A DNA stretch of 64,000 nucleotides from a bacterium (GCA_963662285.2 CAXXMV010000008.1:64001-128000), one strand, 5' to 3'; positions 1 to 10,795 are shown, numbered from the stretch's first letter. Made by a program: numbers and translations. Notes: generated by a model from the letters alone, not told the origin.

Positions 1-1941
1 CGTATTGCTATTTTTTTCAGAATAAGCATTACGATCAGCGGTTTCATCATTATCACTTGATTCAGGTTCGGGTTTACTATCTTGCTCGGCGCCTTTTGCA
101 GAATCACGTTCACCCTTGATTTGTTCGACCAGATCATTCACCTGCTCGGCTCTCAACACTTCATGTTGCAGCAAAGCATTAGCTATACCATCGAGAATAT
201 CATGGTTTTCATCAAGTATGTTTTTAGCGCGGTGGTAGCATTCATCAACAATTTGACGAACTTCTTTATCAATTTCAAACTGAATTTCTTCGCTGTATTC
301 CCGGTCTTTGTAAAAATCCCGACCGAGAAAAACCTGGTTGTCATTCAATCCAAAAGTAAGAGGTCCAAGTTTTTCGCTCATACCAAAGCTGCATACCATG
401 CGGTGCGAAATATCCGTAACGCGCTCCAGATCGTTCTGGGCGCCGGTGGTTACATCATTAAAGACAATGTCTTCGGCAACCCGACCGCCCAGCAAAGTCG
501 TCATGCGAGAGTTCAGTTCCTTTTTGGAAGTCAGATAACGATCTTCCACCGGCAAATGCATGGTATAACCCAAGGCTTTGCCTCTGGGTAGAATAGATAC
601 TTTGTGAACTGGATCAATCTCATCCAAAAACAGGCCTACAACAGCATGACCGGATTCATGATAAGCAATAATTTTCTTCTCTTTATCAGTGATAGCACGG
701 CTTTTGCGCTCAGGGCCGGCGGTTACGCGTTCGATGGCTTCTTCAAAATCTTCCATCTCCACGCTGTCTTTCATTTTACGGGCCGCCATTAAAGCCGCTT
801 CGTTCACGGTGTTACAGAGGTCAGCGCCAGAAAATCCCGGAGTACGGCGGGCTATAACCTCATATTCAACCGCCTTGGAAACAACAACATTTTTAGTATG
901 AACTTCGACGATGCCCAGGCGTCCTTTCAGATCAGGCAAATCAATAATGATCTGACGGTCAAATCGACCGGGACGAAGCAAGGCCGGATCAAGTACGTCA
1001 GGGCGGTTAGTTGCGGCAATAAGAATTACTTCCTCATTGGTATTGAAACCGTCCATTTCAACCAGCAGTTGATTGAGGGTTTGTTCGCGTTCATCATGAC
1101 CGCCGCCCACGCCAGCGAAACGCTGACGCCCGACAGCATCGATTTCATCCATGAATATTATACATGGAGAGTGTTTCTTGCCTTGCTCAAACAGATCGCG
1201 GACGCGGGAGGCGCCCACGCCGACGAACATTTCGACAAAATCAGAACCGCTGATGCTGAAAAAGGGAACATTGGCTTCGCCTGCAACTGCACGCGCCAGC
1301 AATGTCTTACCGGTTCCCGGAGGACCATGAAGCAGAACGCCATGAGGAATCTTGCCGCCCAGTTTCTGAAAGCGTTTGGGATCTTTAAGAAATTCGACGA
1401 TCTCTTTCAGGTCTTCTTTTGCCTCGTCGCAGCCCGCGACATCCTCAAAAGTCACCTTGGTCTGACCTTCATTGTTCATACGGGCGCGGCTTTTGCCGAA
1501 TGACATGGCCTTGCTGCCGCCCATCTGCATTTGGCGCATAATGAATATCCAAACGCCTATCAGCAGCAATATGGGCAGTAAACTGGTCATTATACTGAAC
1601 ATCCAGTTACTGTCTAACTTGTTATCATACTTAAACGCATTGTTTACAGTATCTTTGTATTTCTTGCAGGACTTAGTCAGACCATCCACCTGTTCCTGAG
1701 TAGCCAATATGACCTTATACCCGTATTTTTTACCGGCTTCGGTGGTTTTTTCGTATTCACCTTCAATTTTACTAGCTGAAATTAGCGCATTAATCAATAC
1801 GATATCCGGCTTTTCGCCATTTAATATACTATCCAGCTCATCATAGCGTAGTTCAGTCTTCTGATCGGTCTGAATCGAAGCGACAACTAAGATGATTATG
1901 AGAAAAAGCAATCCATAAAATAAAACAGTTCTATTAAACAA
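1..1941 (-). CDS. ftsH: ATP-dependent zinc metalloprotease FtsH (3' end outside window)
   Basis: Absent from the ORF track because there is no stop in the window. Manual translation from TTG at 1941 (SD AGGGG): two TM helices, then [18 protein letters not shown], Walker A GPPGTGKT, Walker [31 protein letters not shown] and Zn motif HESGH. Confidence 0.97.
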   Translation of the reverse strand, partial: MFNRTVLFYGLLFLIIILVVASIQTDQKTELRYDELDSILNGEKPDIVLINALISASKIEGEYEKTTEAGKKYGYKVILATQEQVDGLTKSCKKYKDTVNNAFKYDNKLDSNWMFSIMTSLLPILLLIGVWIFIMRQMQMGGSKAMSFGKSRARMNNEGQTKVTFEDVAGCDEAKEDLKEIVEFLKDPKRFQKLGGKIPHGVLLHGPPGTGKTLLARAVAGEANVPFFSISGSDFVEMFVGVGASRVRDLFEQGKKHSPCIIFMDEIDAVGRQRFAGVGGGHDEREQTLNQLLVEMDGFNTNEEVILIAATNRPDVLDPALLRPGRFDRQIIIDLPDLKGRLGIVEVHTKNVVVSKAVEYEVIARRTPGFSGADLCNTVNEAALMAARKMKDSVEMEDFEEAIERVTAGPERKSRAITDKEKKIIAYHESGHAVVGLFLDEIDPVHKVSILPRGKALGYTMHLPVEDRYLTSKKELNSRMTTLLGGRVAEDIVFNDVTTGAQNDLERVTDISHRMVCSFGMSEKLGPLTFGLNDNQVFLGRDFYKDREYSEEIQFEIDKEVRQIVDECYHRAKNILDENHDILDGIANALLQHEVLRAEQVNDLVEQIKGERDSAKGAEQDSKPEPESSDNDETADRNAYSEKNSNT

Positions 1942-1953
1942 TGCTTCAAACCC

Positions 1954-2109
1954 CTATTTGGTTTTATCTGTCTCGAAACGTCTATAAACTGTATTCCAAT
2001 ATGGAAACAGCAATACTGGCTTAAATTTACATAAAATCAGGCGAGAGAATGGAATAGAATTAACTATAGATACAACGCTTGTCTGCGTATACTTACGACT
2101 TTTACCCAC
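1954..2109 (-). CDS. possible 51-aa leader ORF upstream of ftsH
   Basis: AAGGAG 5 nt before GTG at 2109. Reads MGKSRKYTQTSVVSIVNSIPFSRLILCKFKPVLLFPYWNTVYRRFETDKTK. Its TAG stop overlaps the ftsH SD. Confidence 0.3.
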   Translation of the reverse strand: MGKSRKYTQTSVVSIVNSIPFSRLILCKFKPVLLFPYWNTVYRRFETDKTK

Positions 2110-2436
2110 ATACTCTCCTTAATTGTTAATGGTAAATCTTTTAACCCTGCTGTCAAGCAAACACAAGCTATTTAATCCCACTAAACAGGCAATATATCAT
2201 TATTAAATTGATCCATCCCATGCTTTTAACATTATTCAATCGAAACATTCTTCCAAAAGTGGATTTCTCCTTACCTGGAATTTTTCGTTTTATTTACTCT
2301 CTCCAATAACTAATATTATAATATAACGGATTATAAACTAATAAATTACAGATTATTTGTTCAGCTATTCATCCAGCATCAGGGAGTAGTGCGCTCATGC
2401 ACCTGCTTGGGTGGCTTTGGGCGCCCGCAAGAAGCG

Positions 2437-4155
2437 CTAATTAACTTGATCATTACAACTATTGAGAATTGTTTGAAGAGAATTTCGAGCGTCTTCTGTG
2501 GTAACTCCTTCTTTCAAAACCGACGAAAGAACTATATTTACCGTCCCTAACTTTTTGAGTTCCTGACAGAATTTATCCATATCAGACGGTTTATAGTTTT
2601 CCCCATCTGTTCCACCTACCGCTTGATTAAGCATATCTAAAGCAGGATAAGCCCGCAAATAAGCAGCGCGATAACTTCCCAAACGGGAAAATTCAGCGAT
2701 AAATATAGGTTGGTGATGAATTGTCTGGTGATATAAGTGAATCCCGCTCAATTTTGATGGAGTAAAAGGAATTTCCAATACTGGTTTTGACGCAGCCTTG
2801 TAATACTCAGCCGGCGCCTGGTAATCAATTATACGGGGCAACCGCCACCCCGTCTCGATCAGAAAAATGGCGCCCAGAGCCAGAGATGAGAATATCATCT
2901 TACGACTGGCGCAGTGTTTATCAAATAAGTTTTGCAATCCTAACAGGCCGAACAAAAGATATGCGGCCAAGCCGATGTATGCGAACCGTGCATAGACCCT
3001 GATAACAGTTAAGGCTGGAATTAACTCAAATATCCCCGCAGGTAGAAAAATGGGGACTCCCATTATGGTGACGGGATGTCCATTAAACATCAGCACCGGA
3101 CCTAGTGAGAAAACCATGAAAACAGCTGCTAGAGTTAATAAAATCCTGCGGTTCCAGCGGTCTTTTTCCGCTTTCCATCCCAACCATCCAAAGACTAAGG
3201 GTAACAGCATCATCACCAGTCCGGGATTGAGACGAAATTCCTCGCTCTGCTGTAAATGGGGCAAATCGTCCAGCAGCCACAGCGGCGCCGCCAGATGCAT
3301 CAGGTCGACTGACCAGAAGGCCGAGAATTTCAAGGCTACCGGGTCTACATAGTCCATTGGCTCTGATCCCAGGTGCAAATATGCATATACCGACATTCCA
3401 ATTACGGCCCCCGGCAATGCAACGCAGCGCAACGCCCAAAACAGGTTTGATATATTACATTTTTGGATCAAAAGCAGGAATGCGCGAATTGATAAATAGA
3501 AGCCTACGAATAAGCCGTAATACCAATCCGAAAAGAAAGCCAGCAGCCACGCCAGACCAATACCAACTGCATAACGCCACTTGCGGCTGGCAATGCTGCG
3601 TTCGCAATAATAAAATGATAGAAATAACCAGGCCGTGGAAAACAGGTTCAAGTGAATCTGATGCGCCCATCGATAAGGTCCGAAGGCCATAATCAGACCT
3701 ATCAAAACCGCAACCGTTCGCCGGGCGCCCAGACGCATGGCCCACATTGATGCAAAACAACCAGTCAACACCGTGTATATCACAAACAAAGCGTTGTAAG
3801 CCGCCACCGGGCCGAATATCGCCGTGATAGGAGACGCTATAATTCCATTAGTAATCGAAAGGGTATGAAAACGCAGGTCGCAACCCCACGGAATAAAGAT
3901 CATATCGCATCGCAGGGGTGATATGCCGCGCTCAAAAAGCGCATAATAAACCCACCATAAATTCCAAATATTGGCGCCTTTGTCTCCAAAAGGCATTACG
4001 GCGAGATGTCTGGTGAGATGCAACAGAACCGGGAAACAGGCCGCTAGCGACAAGACCGTAAAAATGCTTAAAAAAAAGAACCATTCACACTCTATCCAAC
4101 GCTCTAACCAACTGGCGGCGCTCTTTGTCTGTTTATTCTCGCTGACTGTATCCAT
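2437..4155 (-). CDS. polytopic membrane protein, GT-C-like (YfhO-like) glycosyltransferase
   Basis: 572 aa with many TM helices, GD..NIWNLWW after TM1, FSLGP and R..ARF motifs, LYHQTIH in the C-terminal soluble domain. Confidence 0.65.
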   Translation of the reverse strand: MDTVSENKQTKSAASWLERWIECEWFFFLSIFTVLSLAACFPVLLHLTRHLAVMPFGDKGANIWNLWWVYYALFERGISPLRCDMIFIPWGCDLRFHTLSITNGIIASPITAIFGPVAAYNALFVIYTVLTGCFASMWAMRLGARRTVAVLIGLIMAFGPYRWAHQIHLNLFSTAWLFLSFYYCERSIASRKWRYAVGIGLAWLLAFFSDWYYGLFVGFYLSIRAFLLLIQKCNISNLFWALRCVALPGAVIGMSVYAYLHLGSEPMDYVDPVALKFSAFWSVDLMHLAAPLWLLDDLPHLQQSEEFRLNPGLVMMLLPLVFGWLGWKAEKDRWNRRILLTLAAVFMVFSLGPVLMFNGHPVTIMGVPIFLPAGIFELIPALTVIRVYARFAYIGLAAYLLFGLLGLQNLFDKHCASRKMIFSSLALGAIFLIETGWRLPRIIDYQAPAEYYKAASKPVLEIPFTPSKLSGIHLYHQTIHHQPIFIAEFSRLGSYRAAYLRAYPALDMLNQAVGGTDGENYKPSDMDKFCQELKKLGTVNIVLSSVLKEGVTTEDARNSLQTILNSCNDQVN

Positions 4156-5851
4156 ATTTACGCTTCCCCAGGATTTGGTGTGGGGAGATTCTCCTGAACT
4201 GGCCGCTTGCGCCTGGATTCTGGGCGTACCGCATCCAACCGGTTACCCATTGTATATGTTAGCGGTGCATATATTTCAAGCGCTGCCCTTCGGTACAGTT
4301 ATATTTCGCGCACATTTGTTCTCTGCGTTATGCACGGCGGCGGCGTGTTCAGTATTGTTTTTATTCCTGCAAAAAATCTTGAGCGACGCCTTCACCAATA
4401 AACTCACATTAACCCTGTTGCCGACGTTGATATCCGTGACAGCATGGACATTGACTCCGGTGGTCTGGTCGCAAAGCCGTATTGCAGAGGTCTACGCTCT
4501 TTTCGCCTTGCAATTCACCCTGGCATTACTGGTGTTCTCTTATGCCATGAAGAATCCCCGGAAAGCGCTGCCTCTACTGGCATTTCTGTTCGGGTTGATG
4601 CTGATTCATCATAGACTGGCGATTTTCCTGATGGCTATGATTGGCTTGTTTATTTTACTACGGATTAATCCTGCAACATCATCTTATTTCTGCAATGATC
4701 ATGACCAGCCGCGCTTATCACTCAAAACGCTATTACTTTCGTTATGCATGCTGATCATTCCATGCCTGTTCTTGTTGTATTTTCCAATACGGGCGCTCTA
4801 TAATCCAGCCATCAACTGGTATGACCCAGATACGCTGGAGCGTTTTTATCAGCTGATCAGCGGTAAACTCTACTCCGGGATACTAACCAGTAATTTGGTG
4901 CAGGCTCTAGCCAATCCCTATGCGGCCTTTATGCGTTTAATTTATCTGATTGCCCTGCCCTTCTTATGCTTCAGCATAATCGCGGCGCTGATTCCCTGGG
5001 GATGGATATTGCTCTTCAAAAGAAAAAACTGGTGGGCGGTGTTCACCTTGCTATTATTCTTGATATATCAGACTTTTATTCTGTTATACACAGTAGGCGA
5101 CTGGCCGGTTTTTATGCTTCCGGGATTGATCCTGCTGACCATTCCCCTCTCTTTCGGCATTGCCGGGATATTCGATTTGATTCAAAAGCAGCAATTCAAG
5201 CATTCCATAGCAATGATTATCTACGCTTTCGTTATCACATTATCGGTAATGCCCTTTTGGGTGCGCTTCGACGACCAGGGCGGCCTGCTCAACCAATCGA
5301 TCTCATTATCAACATTTTCTTTCGATAACGGTGAGTTAAGAAACCGATTAAACAGCGTGCATGACCTATCGACCACTACCTACGCCAACCGAGTATGGAA
5401 CAAAGTCCCAAACGGCGCCCCTTTGATAACCGGATTGGAAGCGGCCACCGCCGATTATGAACTCTATCCCCTGCTCTACCAGCAAATTGTCGAACATCGC
5501 AGCGCATCATCGCCCTTAATCGGCGCAGGCTTCATTCATCTTGATTGGTATAGATCAGAAGTTTCCCGCAAGTTATCGATCTCTCTTGAAGCGCGTCATG
5601 GAGAAATTTATCAGAGCCGGGAGCAATGGCATAAAGAATTCTGGAGTGATATCATGGAGCCAGCCCTGGCGGTCGGGCCGGTATATACAACATCATTTTC
5701 AATCCTAAGCCCTGCGCCGCAGGATTGGAAGATTAAAGCCAATATGCAATACCTGGGCAAGATAGATTTCGACCGCTCCCGGACGCCATTGTTTTATCAG
5801 AATTACACGCCCAGCGGGGATATGTATCGGATTAGTAAAAATAATAATTAA
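4064..5851 (+). CDS. DUF2723 / TMEM260-like (GT117) membrane glycosyltransferase
   Basis: Signature GDSPEL...LGVPHPTGYPLY, AEVYAL and HH motif. ATG at 4064 preferred over TTG at 3971. Confidence 0.85.
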   Translation: MLKKKNHSHSIQRSNQLAALFVCLFSLTVSIFTLPQDLVWGDSPELAACAWILGVPHPTGYPLYMLAVHIFQALPFGTVIFRAHLFSALCTAAACSVLFLFLQKILSDAFTNKLTLTLLPTLISVTAWTLTPVVWSQSRIAEVYALFALQFTLALLVFSYAMKNPRKALPLLAFLFGLMLIHHRLAIFLMAMIGLFILLRINPATSSYFCNDHDQPRLSLKTLLLSLCMLIIPCLFLLYFPIRALYNPAINWYDPDTLERFYQLISGKLYSGILTSNLVQALANPYAAFMRLIYLIALPFLCFSIIAALIPWGWILLFKRKNWWAVFTLLLFLIYQTFILLYTVGDWPVFMLPGLILLTIPLSFGIAGIFDLIQKQQFKHSIAMIIYAFVITLSVMPFWVRFDDQGGLLNQSISLSTFSFDNGELRNRLNSVHDLSTTTYANRVWNKVPNGAPLITGLEAATADYELYPLLYQQIVEHRSASSPLIGAGFIHLDWYRSEVSRKLSISLEARHGEIYQSREQWHKEFWSDIMEPALAVGPVYTTSFSILSPAPQDWKIKANMQYLGKIDFDRSRTPLFYQNYTPSGDMYRISKNNN

Positions 5852-5865
5852 GCAAGATAATATCA

Positions 5866-7656
5866 ATGAACCAAAATCAATCATCACTACCCAAATGGGA
5901 TCGTATAATCGCCTTTATCATTCTGGCGGTTACTCCCTTGATCATAAGTCTCACTACCTATGATTCTTTTATTTTACCTAAAATATTCTGGCTGTCAGTC
6001 TGGGCTTCATTGTGGATGATAGTTATCGTATGGCAGCCTATCCGATGGACGCTATTTGCTTCTCCTCTGACCAAACCACTGGCCGCCTTGTTCGCCGCAT
6101 CGCTGTTATCGGTGCTGCTTAACTACCGCAGCCCGATTCAGCTGCATGGACTGATGAACCTGGCCATTTTCATCGCCCTCTATTTCGCTTTTCAACGTTT
6201 TTGGAATATGCGGCAAAGCCCTCACCGCGTGGCGCAAGCCTTGATGGCGTCGGCCTGCCTTATCGCGCTATATGGTTTATTGCAGGATTATGGATTCGAC
6301 TTCGCCAACGCCACTGGAGGCGTGCGCGACTGGCGCGCTAAAGTTATTTCCACCCTGGGCAATCCTAACTTTCTGGCTGGTTGGATAGCAATCTGTCTGC
6401 CGGTGGTTATCGGCTATGGCCTTAGAAAAAAGACCCGCTTTTTCGGCTTCCTATATACCGGGGTTACCGTGATGCTAATCGCGGCATGTCATTCGGTCAC
6501 CTTCAGCGTTGGCGCTGCGACTGGCTTAATCGCAGCTTTAATTACATCAATCAGCGGTTCGGTCTTCTTATTGCGCCGCATCCGCATTCCCGTCATTAGA
6601 AGCATCATCTTATGCGTCATCGCGGCCAGCGCCGTTGGTTGGTATATGCTGGAAAATCCATACAACAGTCATGGCCGCTCGCTCTACCGCGAAGCCTGGG
6701 AATCTCCCCACTGGTGGTCAGGCATGGGAGCGCGTCGCTTTATCTGGCAGACCACCCGCCTGATGATCGAAGACAAACCAGTGACCGGCATCGGCTTCAG
6801 CAACTATCTGACGGTTCACGAACACTATCAGGGCATGAATTATAAACGGCAATGGCACGCCCATGACCGCGACTATGTAGTTCCGGTAGACCAGCCTCAT
6901 TTTCAGTTACTGGAAACCGCCGCCGAACTGGGGCCGTTGGGCGTCTTCACATTACTATGGATAGCCATGGCCTGGCTCAAAGCCGCTGGGCGCACCCTGC
7001 GCCGCTCGCCCGACCCCTGGTTCGCCTGGGGAGCCTATGCGGGAGTCTGGGTGGCGGTGATGCACTCGTTCTCCAGTTTCCCCTTCCACCTCCCGGCCAA
7101 CGCTTTACTAGTGGTCGTGCTGGGGTCGTATATCACGGCATCGCCCCGACCGGACTCAAGCGAACCAGTCACGGCGCCGCTGTGGTCCAAGATCGCCTGC
7201 GTCGCTATCGCTCTGATAATATGCATTTCGGCTGGAGCGCAATATTTCGGCAGCCAGTACATGCGTTGGGGATTCGAAAGCAATGGCTTATCAGCCATCG
7301 ACAACCTGACCAAGTCGCGCAGTCTCAATCCATACTCGCACCAAACCCATTTCCTGTTGGGATTGCAATATAAAAACCAGGGCTGGTATGACCACGCGCT
7401 TGAATCATTCAAACGCGCCTTACGGTATCAGGAAGACATTCAATCCCATAAACAGATGGCGGAGATATATCTTTTGAAGAATGATATACCATCCGCCATC
7501 AAAGAGCTTGAACGCATTATCGAGATTAATCCCGTCTTCCCAGGGCATTACCGCGACTTGATCACCGTCTTGGGCGACAAAGCCTCCCCGCAGCGCATTA
7601 AAGAACTGACTACTCTGGCAGAGCAACTTGAGGCGCAACTTGATACTAGTGGATAG
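5866..7656 (+). CDS. O-antigen ligase (WaaL/PglL-like) family protein with C-terminal TPRs
   Basis: STLGNPNFLAG, R..IW, P.TGIG..NY, H...LE.AAELG..G and SFPFH motifs, followed by TPR helices. Confidence 0.85.
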   Translation: MNQNQSSLPKWDRIIAFIILAVTPLIISLTTYDSFILPKIFWLSVWASLWMIVIVWQPIRWTLFASPLTKPLAALFAASLLSVLLNYRSPIQLHGLMNLAIFIALYFAFQRFWNMRQSPHRVAQALMASACLIALYGLLQDYGFDFANATGGVRDWRAKVISTLGNPNFLAGWIAICLPVVIGYGLRKKTRFFGFLYTGVTVMLIAACHSVTFSVGAATGLIAALITSISGSVFLLRRIRIPVIRSIILCVIAASAVGWYMLENPYNSHGRSLYREAWESPHWWSGMGARRFIWQTTRLMIEDKPVTGIGFSNYLTVHEHYQGMNYKRQWHAHDRDYVVPVDQPHFQLLETAAELGPLGVFTLLWIAMAWLKAAGRTLRRSPDPWFAWGAYAGVWVAVMHSFSSFPFHLPANALLVVVLGSYITASPRPDSSEPVTAPLWSKIACVAIALIICISAGAQYFGSQYMRWGFESNGLSAIDNLTKSRSLNPYSHQTHFLLGLQYKNQGWYDHALESFKRALRYQEDIQSHKQMAEIYLLKNDIPSAIKELERIIEINPVFPGHYRDLITVLGDKASPQRIKELTTLAEQLEAQLDTSG

Positions 7657-7682
7657 TGATTGGTTTTCGTTGGTGGATTTTT

Positions 7683-7789
7683 GGTGGGTCGGTGAGGCTA
7701 ACACACCCTACGCGTAGGTGGGTAGATAGTCGGGAGTGGGGAGTGAGAAGGTGGGCGCCAAGGATAGTGTATTTTATGTCCTTGATTGA
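7683..7789. repeat. mosaic of REP-like palindromes (family A 7683-7712, family C 7752-7789)
   Basis: ggtgggtcggtgaggctaacacaccctacg resembles the copy at 27022. tgggcgccaaggatagtgtattttatgtccttgattga resembles the copy at 34696. Lies between convergent genes. Confidence 0.75.
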
Positions 7790-7798
7790 ATTCAACTT

Positions 7799-8692
7799 TT
7801 ATTTATTATGCACCATCACCGCATCCCATAACTTTACGCCGATGCGCTGGGCCACAACATCGCATTTGGCTTTCAGGATAAAGAAGATATTCTCTGAGCG
7901 CGAGCAGAGCGTTTCGTAATTGGCCTGTCCTTTGGAGATAATAATATCTGCGTTGAGAAAATCATCGCGCAATTGATTGGTCAGTTTCTCGATCATGGTT
8001 CCCAACTCGGCTTTGCCATTATCAATCACAGGAACCACTTTATCCAAACCCACCGCACGCGCATCTTCCATGGTCGCATCGTTTAATACCGTCGTACCGC
8101 GCACTACCGCCGTAATCTTAAACTCGGGATACTGGCGTTTCAACTCTTCGATAAACAGACGGTCGAACACAATCTCCCCAGCGTTGTCGCACAGATAAAG
8201 CAACCTGGCGGATTCACTCTTCTCATTGAGTTCATCACATTGCCGGACAAACTCAGCAAAATCATCGTGCATAAATCCTTCACGCAACACTTTTGCTATA
8301 GTGGCGTGAATGTCGAAATCATCATGCACGCCTAGATCTATGATGTTGCCGCAAGCCGCAAGTTGACATGCTAGATGGAGCGGAGCATCGCTGTTTTTAA
8401 TTTTGTCATTTAGTTCATCATATAACGCAAGAGCCATTTCGTTGTTCTGAACTTTGATATCCCTGAACGGATCATCCACCCCGGCGTGACGCTCAGCCAT
8501 ACGGATAGCGATCAGGGTTAATGCAGCTGGAGATATATCAGGATCAGCGTTATCGATCTTATCATTGAGTTCCAGATAAAAGGCTTCCGTTTCCGCTGCA
8601 GATGGCTGCTCTTCCAGTTGTTTAAGACTCAAATCATAAATTCTGGTTCCCTGACGTTTGGAACAATCAAGGCATTTTTCTATAAAGCGCAT
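7799..8692 (-). CDS. DUF89/ARMT1-like damage-control phosphatase
   Basis: N-terminal CxxC, DPF..K, GNIIDLG, DNAGEIVFD, NDAT and SKGQANYETL motifs. Confidence 0.9.
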   Translation of the reverse strand: MRFIEKCLDCSKRQGTRIYDLSLKQLEEQPSAAETEAFYLELNDKIDNADPDISPAALTLIAIRMAERHAGVDDPFRDIKVQNNEMALALYDELNDKIKNSDAPLHLACQLAACGNIIDLGVHDDFDIHATIAKVLREGFMHDDFAEFVRQCDELNEKSESARLLYLCDNAGEIVFDRLFIEELKRQYPEFKITAVVRGTTVLNDATMEDARAVGLDKVVPVIDNGKAELGTMIEKLTNQLRDDFLNADIIISKGQANYETLCSRSENIFFILKAKCDVVAQRIGVKLWDAVMVHNK

Positions 8693-8780
8693 TATGGTAA
8701 ATCCTTCTTGGTTTTTGATAATTGGTGATATGATATTTTAAGGACGCCTATTACATCGTTGGATACTGAATGAGGTCAAT

Positions 8781-10106
8781 ATGCAAAAGCACCATATCTT
8801 TTTTCTATCAATCGTATTATGTTTAGTCTTAATCCATCAAACCGGATTCGCCGGGAATGAACAGGTTAATCCTATTATATCCGCCCACCAAGTAAGCCAA
8901 ACTGTATCAAATGAAAAATTATCGCAATTGCAAGCATGGCTCGACGTACCCGAAAATGACCGGACGCCGATTGATCAAACCGGGTTCGCTGAACTCCCAT
9001 TAACCAAGGAAGAAGCCCGGCAAGCCCAGGACTTGCTATGGGATGATCACGTCAAATCGGTTAAAACCAACCGCACAACTGAATGGGAGCAAAAAAAATT
9101 CATCAGCGACAAGTATTCCATGAAATACGAGACCCTGCAATTCGGTCAAAAACCGGTTGACGGATGGAGTCTATATATCTCACTGCATGGCGGTGGAGGC
9201 GCTCCAGCGGAAGTAAATGAATCACAATGGAAAAACCAGATTGCCCTGGGTAAGCAATACAAACCGGATGAAGGCATATACCTGGCGCCCCGCGCCTCAA
9301 CCAATGAGTGGAACTTATGGCATCTGCCCCATATCGATGACCTGCTGGATCGCATCATTTCAACTTTGACCGTTTTGCAGGACGTCAATCCCAACCGGGT
9401 CTACGTGATGGGCTATTCGGCGGGAGGAGACGGCGTCTATCAGTTAGCGCCGCGCATGGCCGACCGCTGGGCCGCTGCATCAATGATGGCGGGTCACCCC
9501 AATGACGCCAAGCCCGATGGAGTGCGGAACATCGGCATGACGCTTCATGTCGGCGCCTTGGATTCAGCCTACAACCGTAACACTGTTATCCTTGAATGGA
9601 AAAAACAACTCGAAGAATTGCAAGCGAATGATCCCGAGGGATACCAACACGATGTGCAAGTTCATGAAGGCAAAGGCCATTGGATGGATATGGAAGATAG
9701 AGTCGCGGTTCCCTGGATGGCGAAATTCACCCGCAATCCATTACCCGACCGCATCGTCTGGCGGCAGGATGACGTCACCCATTTGCGGTTTTACTGGCTG
9801 GCGGTTGGTGAAAAAAACGCCAAGCCCAAGAGTGAAGTGATAGTCCAGAAAAAAGAGCAAACTTTTACTATTGAGAAAGCCAAGGATATCCAGAAACTGA
9901 TATTCCGCATTAATGACGATATGGTTGATATGGACGCCCCCATCACCATCCGTAATCAGGAACGCATCCTGTTTCAAGGCATCGTACCACGCACTATAAA
10001 AACCTTGCGCCAAACCATTCAGGAACGAGGGGATCACCAATCAATCTTTTGCGGGGAAATTGAATCATCTGTCACTACTGATGTTGAGAATTGGAGTATT
10101 AAATAA
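8781..10106 (+). CDS. secreted alpha/beta-hydrolase (esterase/peptidase-like)
   Basis: Signal peptide, LHGGGG oxyanion loop, nucleophile GYSAGG, candidate Asp (GALD) and His (KGHW). Confidence 0.75.
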   Translation: MQKHHIFFLSIVLCLVLIHQTGFAGNEQVNPIISAHQVSQTVSNEKLSQLQAWLDVPENDRTPIDQTGFAELPLTKEEARQAQDLLWDDHVKSVKTNRTTEWEQKKFISDKYSMKYETLQFGQKPVDGWSLYISLHGGGGAPAEVNESQWKNQIALGKQYKPDEGIYLAPRASTNEWNLWHLPHIDDLLDRIISTLTVLQDVNPNRVYVMGYSAGGDGVYQLAPRMADRWAAASMMAGHPNDAKPDGVRNIGMTLHVGALDSAYNRNTVILEWKKQLEELQANDPEGYQHDVQVHEGKGHWMDMEDRVAVPWMAKFTRNPLPDRIVWRQDDVTHLRFYWLAVGEKNAKPKSEVIVQKKEQTFTIEKAKDIQKLIFRINDDMVDMDAPITIRNQERILFQGIVPRTIKTLRQTIQERGDHQSIFCGEIESSVTTDVENWSIK

Positions 10107-10107
10107 T

Positions 10108-10189
10108 CACGTAGGGTGAATCGCGTTTTTTGACCCACCGAATCGAATTAATTATTATCGGTGGGTCGGTGGGGCGTGACCCACCCTAC
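10108..10189. repeat. REP doublet (REPIN-like, GTAG...CTAC), left copy
   Basis: Two inverted GTAGGGTG-hairpin REPs around the spacer aatcgaattaattattat. 78/82 nt identical to 10844-10925. Confidence 0.9.
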
Positions 10190-10193
10190 AAAA

Positions 10194-10583
10194 TCACTTT
10201 TTAATAGCCTTAAGCGCGGTTTCAGTCATGAATGCGGAACGGGATAGATTCTGTTTTTTCGCTGCGGCGTCGATAAGCTGTAATTGTCTTTCAGGAATGG
10301 TTATGTTAATCCGAACGGTTTTATCATTTTCTATAACAGGGATAACCGCCGTAGTCACCAGCCCCTGCCTGGTTGTGTTTTTCAGAACGAAATCAAGCCC
10401 CTTTGGTTCAGGGAATGGCTTGCCTAAATCGACTAGCGTCTCCATATAAAGAGCCAGCGCCTCTTCCGCTTCGGCGAGTACGCCATCAAGAGTATCGCAA
10501 ACCGCAGTACATCCCCCGACTTCAGGGAAACTTATACCATATCCAGTATCTTTATCCTTATGTACTACTGCAATATAATTCAT
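10194..10583 (-). CDS. hicB: HicB antitoxin with C-terminal ribbon-helix-helix
   Basis: YGISFPEVGGC..EAEEALAL partial RNase H fold and RINITIP..ID..A...SRSAF RHH. TGATG overlap with hicA. Confidence 0.92.
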   Translation of the reverse strand: MNYIAVVHKDKDTGYGISFPEVGGCTAVCDTLDGVLAEAEEALALYMETLVDLGKPFPEPKGLDFVLKNTTRQGLVTTAVIPVIENDKTVRINITIPERQLQLIDAAAKKQNLSRSAFMTETALKAIKK

Positions 10584-10795
10584 CAGTGCATATCTCTATC
10601 TGGAACTTTCTTCCATCCGGCGATTTTATAAATCTGGTGAACCGTACCCACTGGCATATCTTTATTTGGATGGGAAATGGTTATCAGTTCATCATGCTTT
10701 TCATGCTTAAAGATATGATGACCACCTTTAACACGGATTAATTCCAATCCCTCTTTCTGAAGACGTTTGATAATCTCCCTAGAGTTCCTTTGCAT
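10583..10795 (-). CDS. hicA: HicA mRNA interferase toxin
   Basis: 70 aa, with SREIIKRL..EG, KGGHHIFKH and HP.KD...GTV..I...AGW. Confidence 0.92.
   Translation of the reverse strand: MQRNSREIIKRLQKEGLELIRVKGGHHIFKHEKHDELITISHPNKDMPVGTVHQIYKIAGWKKVPDRDMH

Noticed and set aside
82-1699. Plus-strand ORFs 82-591, 604-792, 689-901, 898-1503, 1472-1699
   Set aside because: Antisense shadows of ftsH on the minus strand.
7656-7919. 87-aa ORF after the ligase gene
   Set aside because: Runs through REP palindromes and antisense into the DUF89 gene, with no protein-like features.
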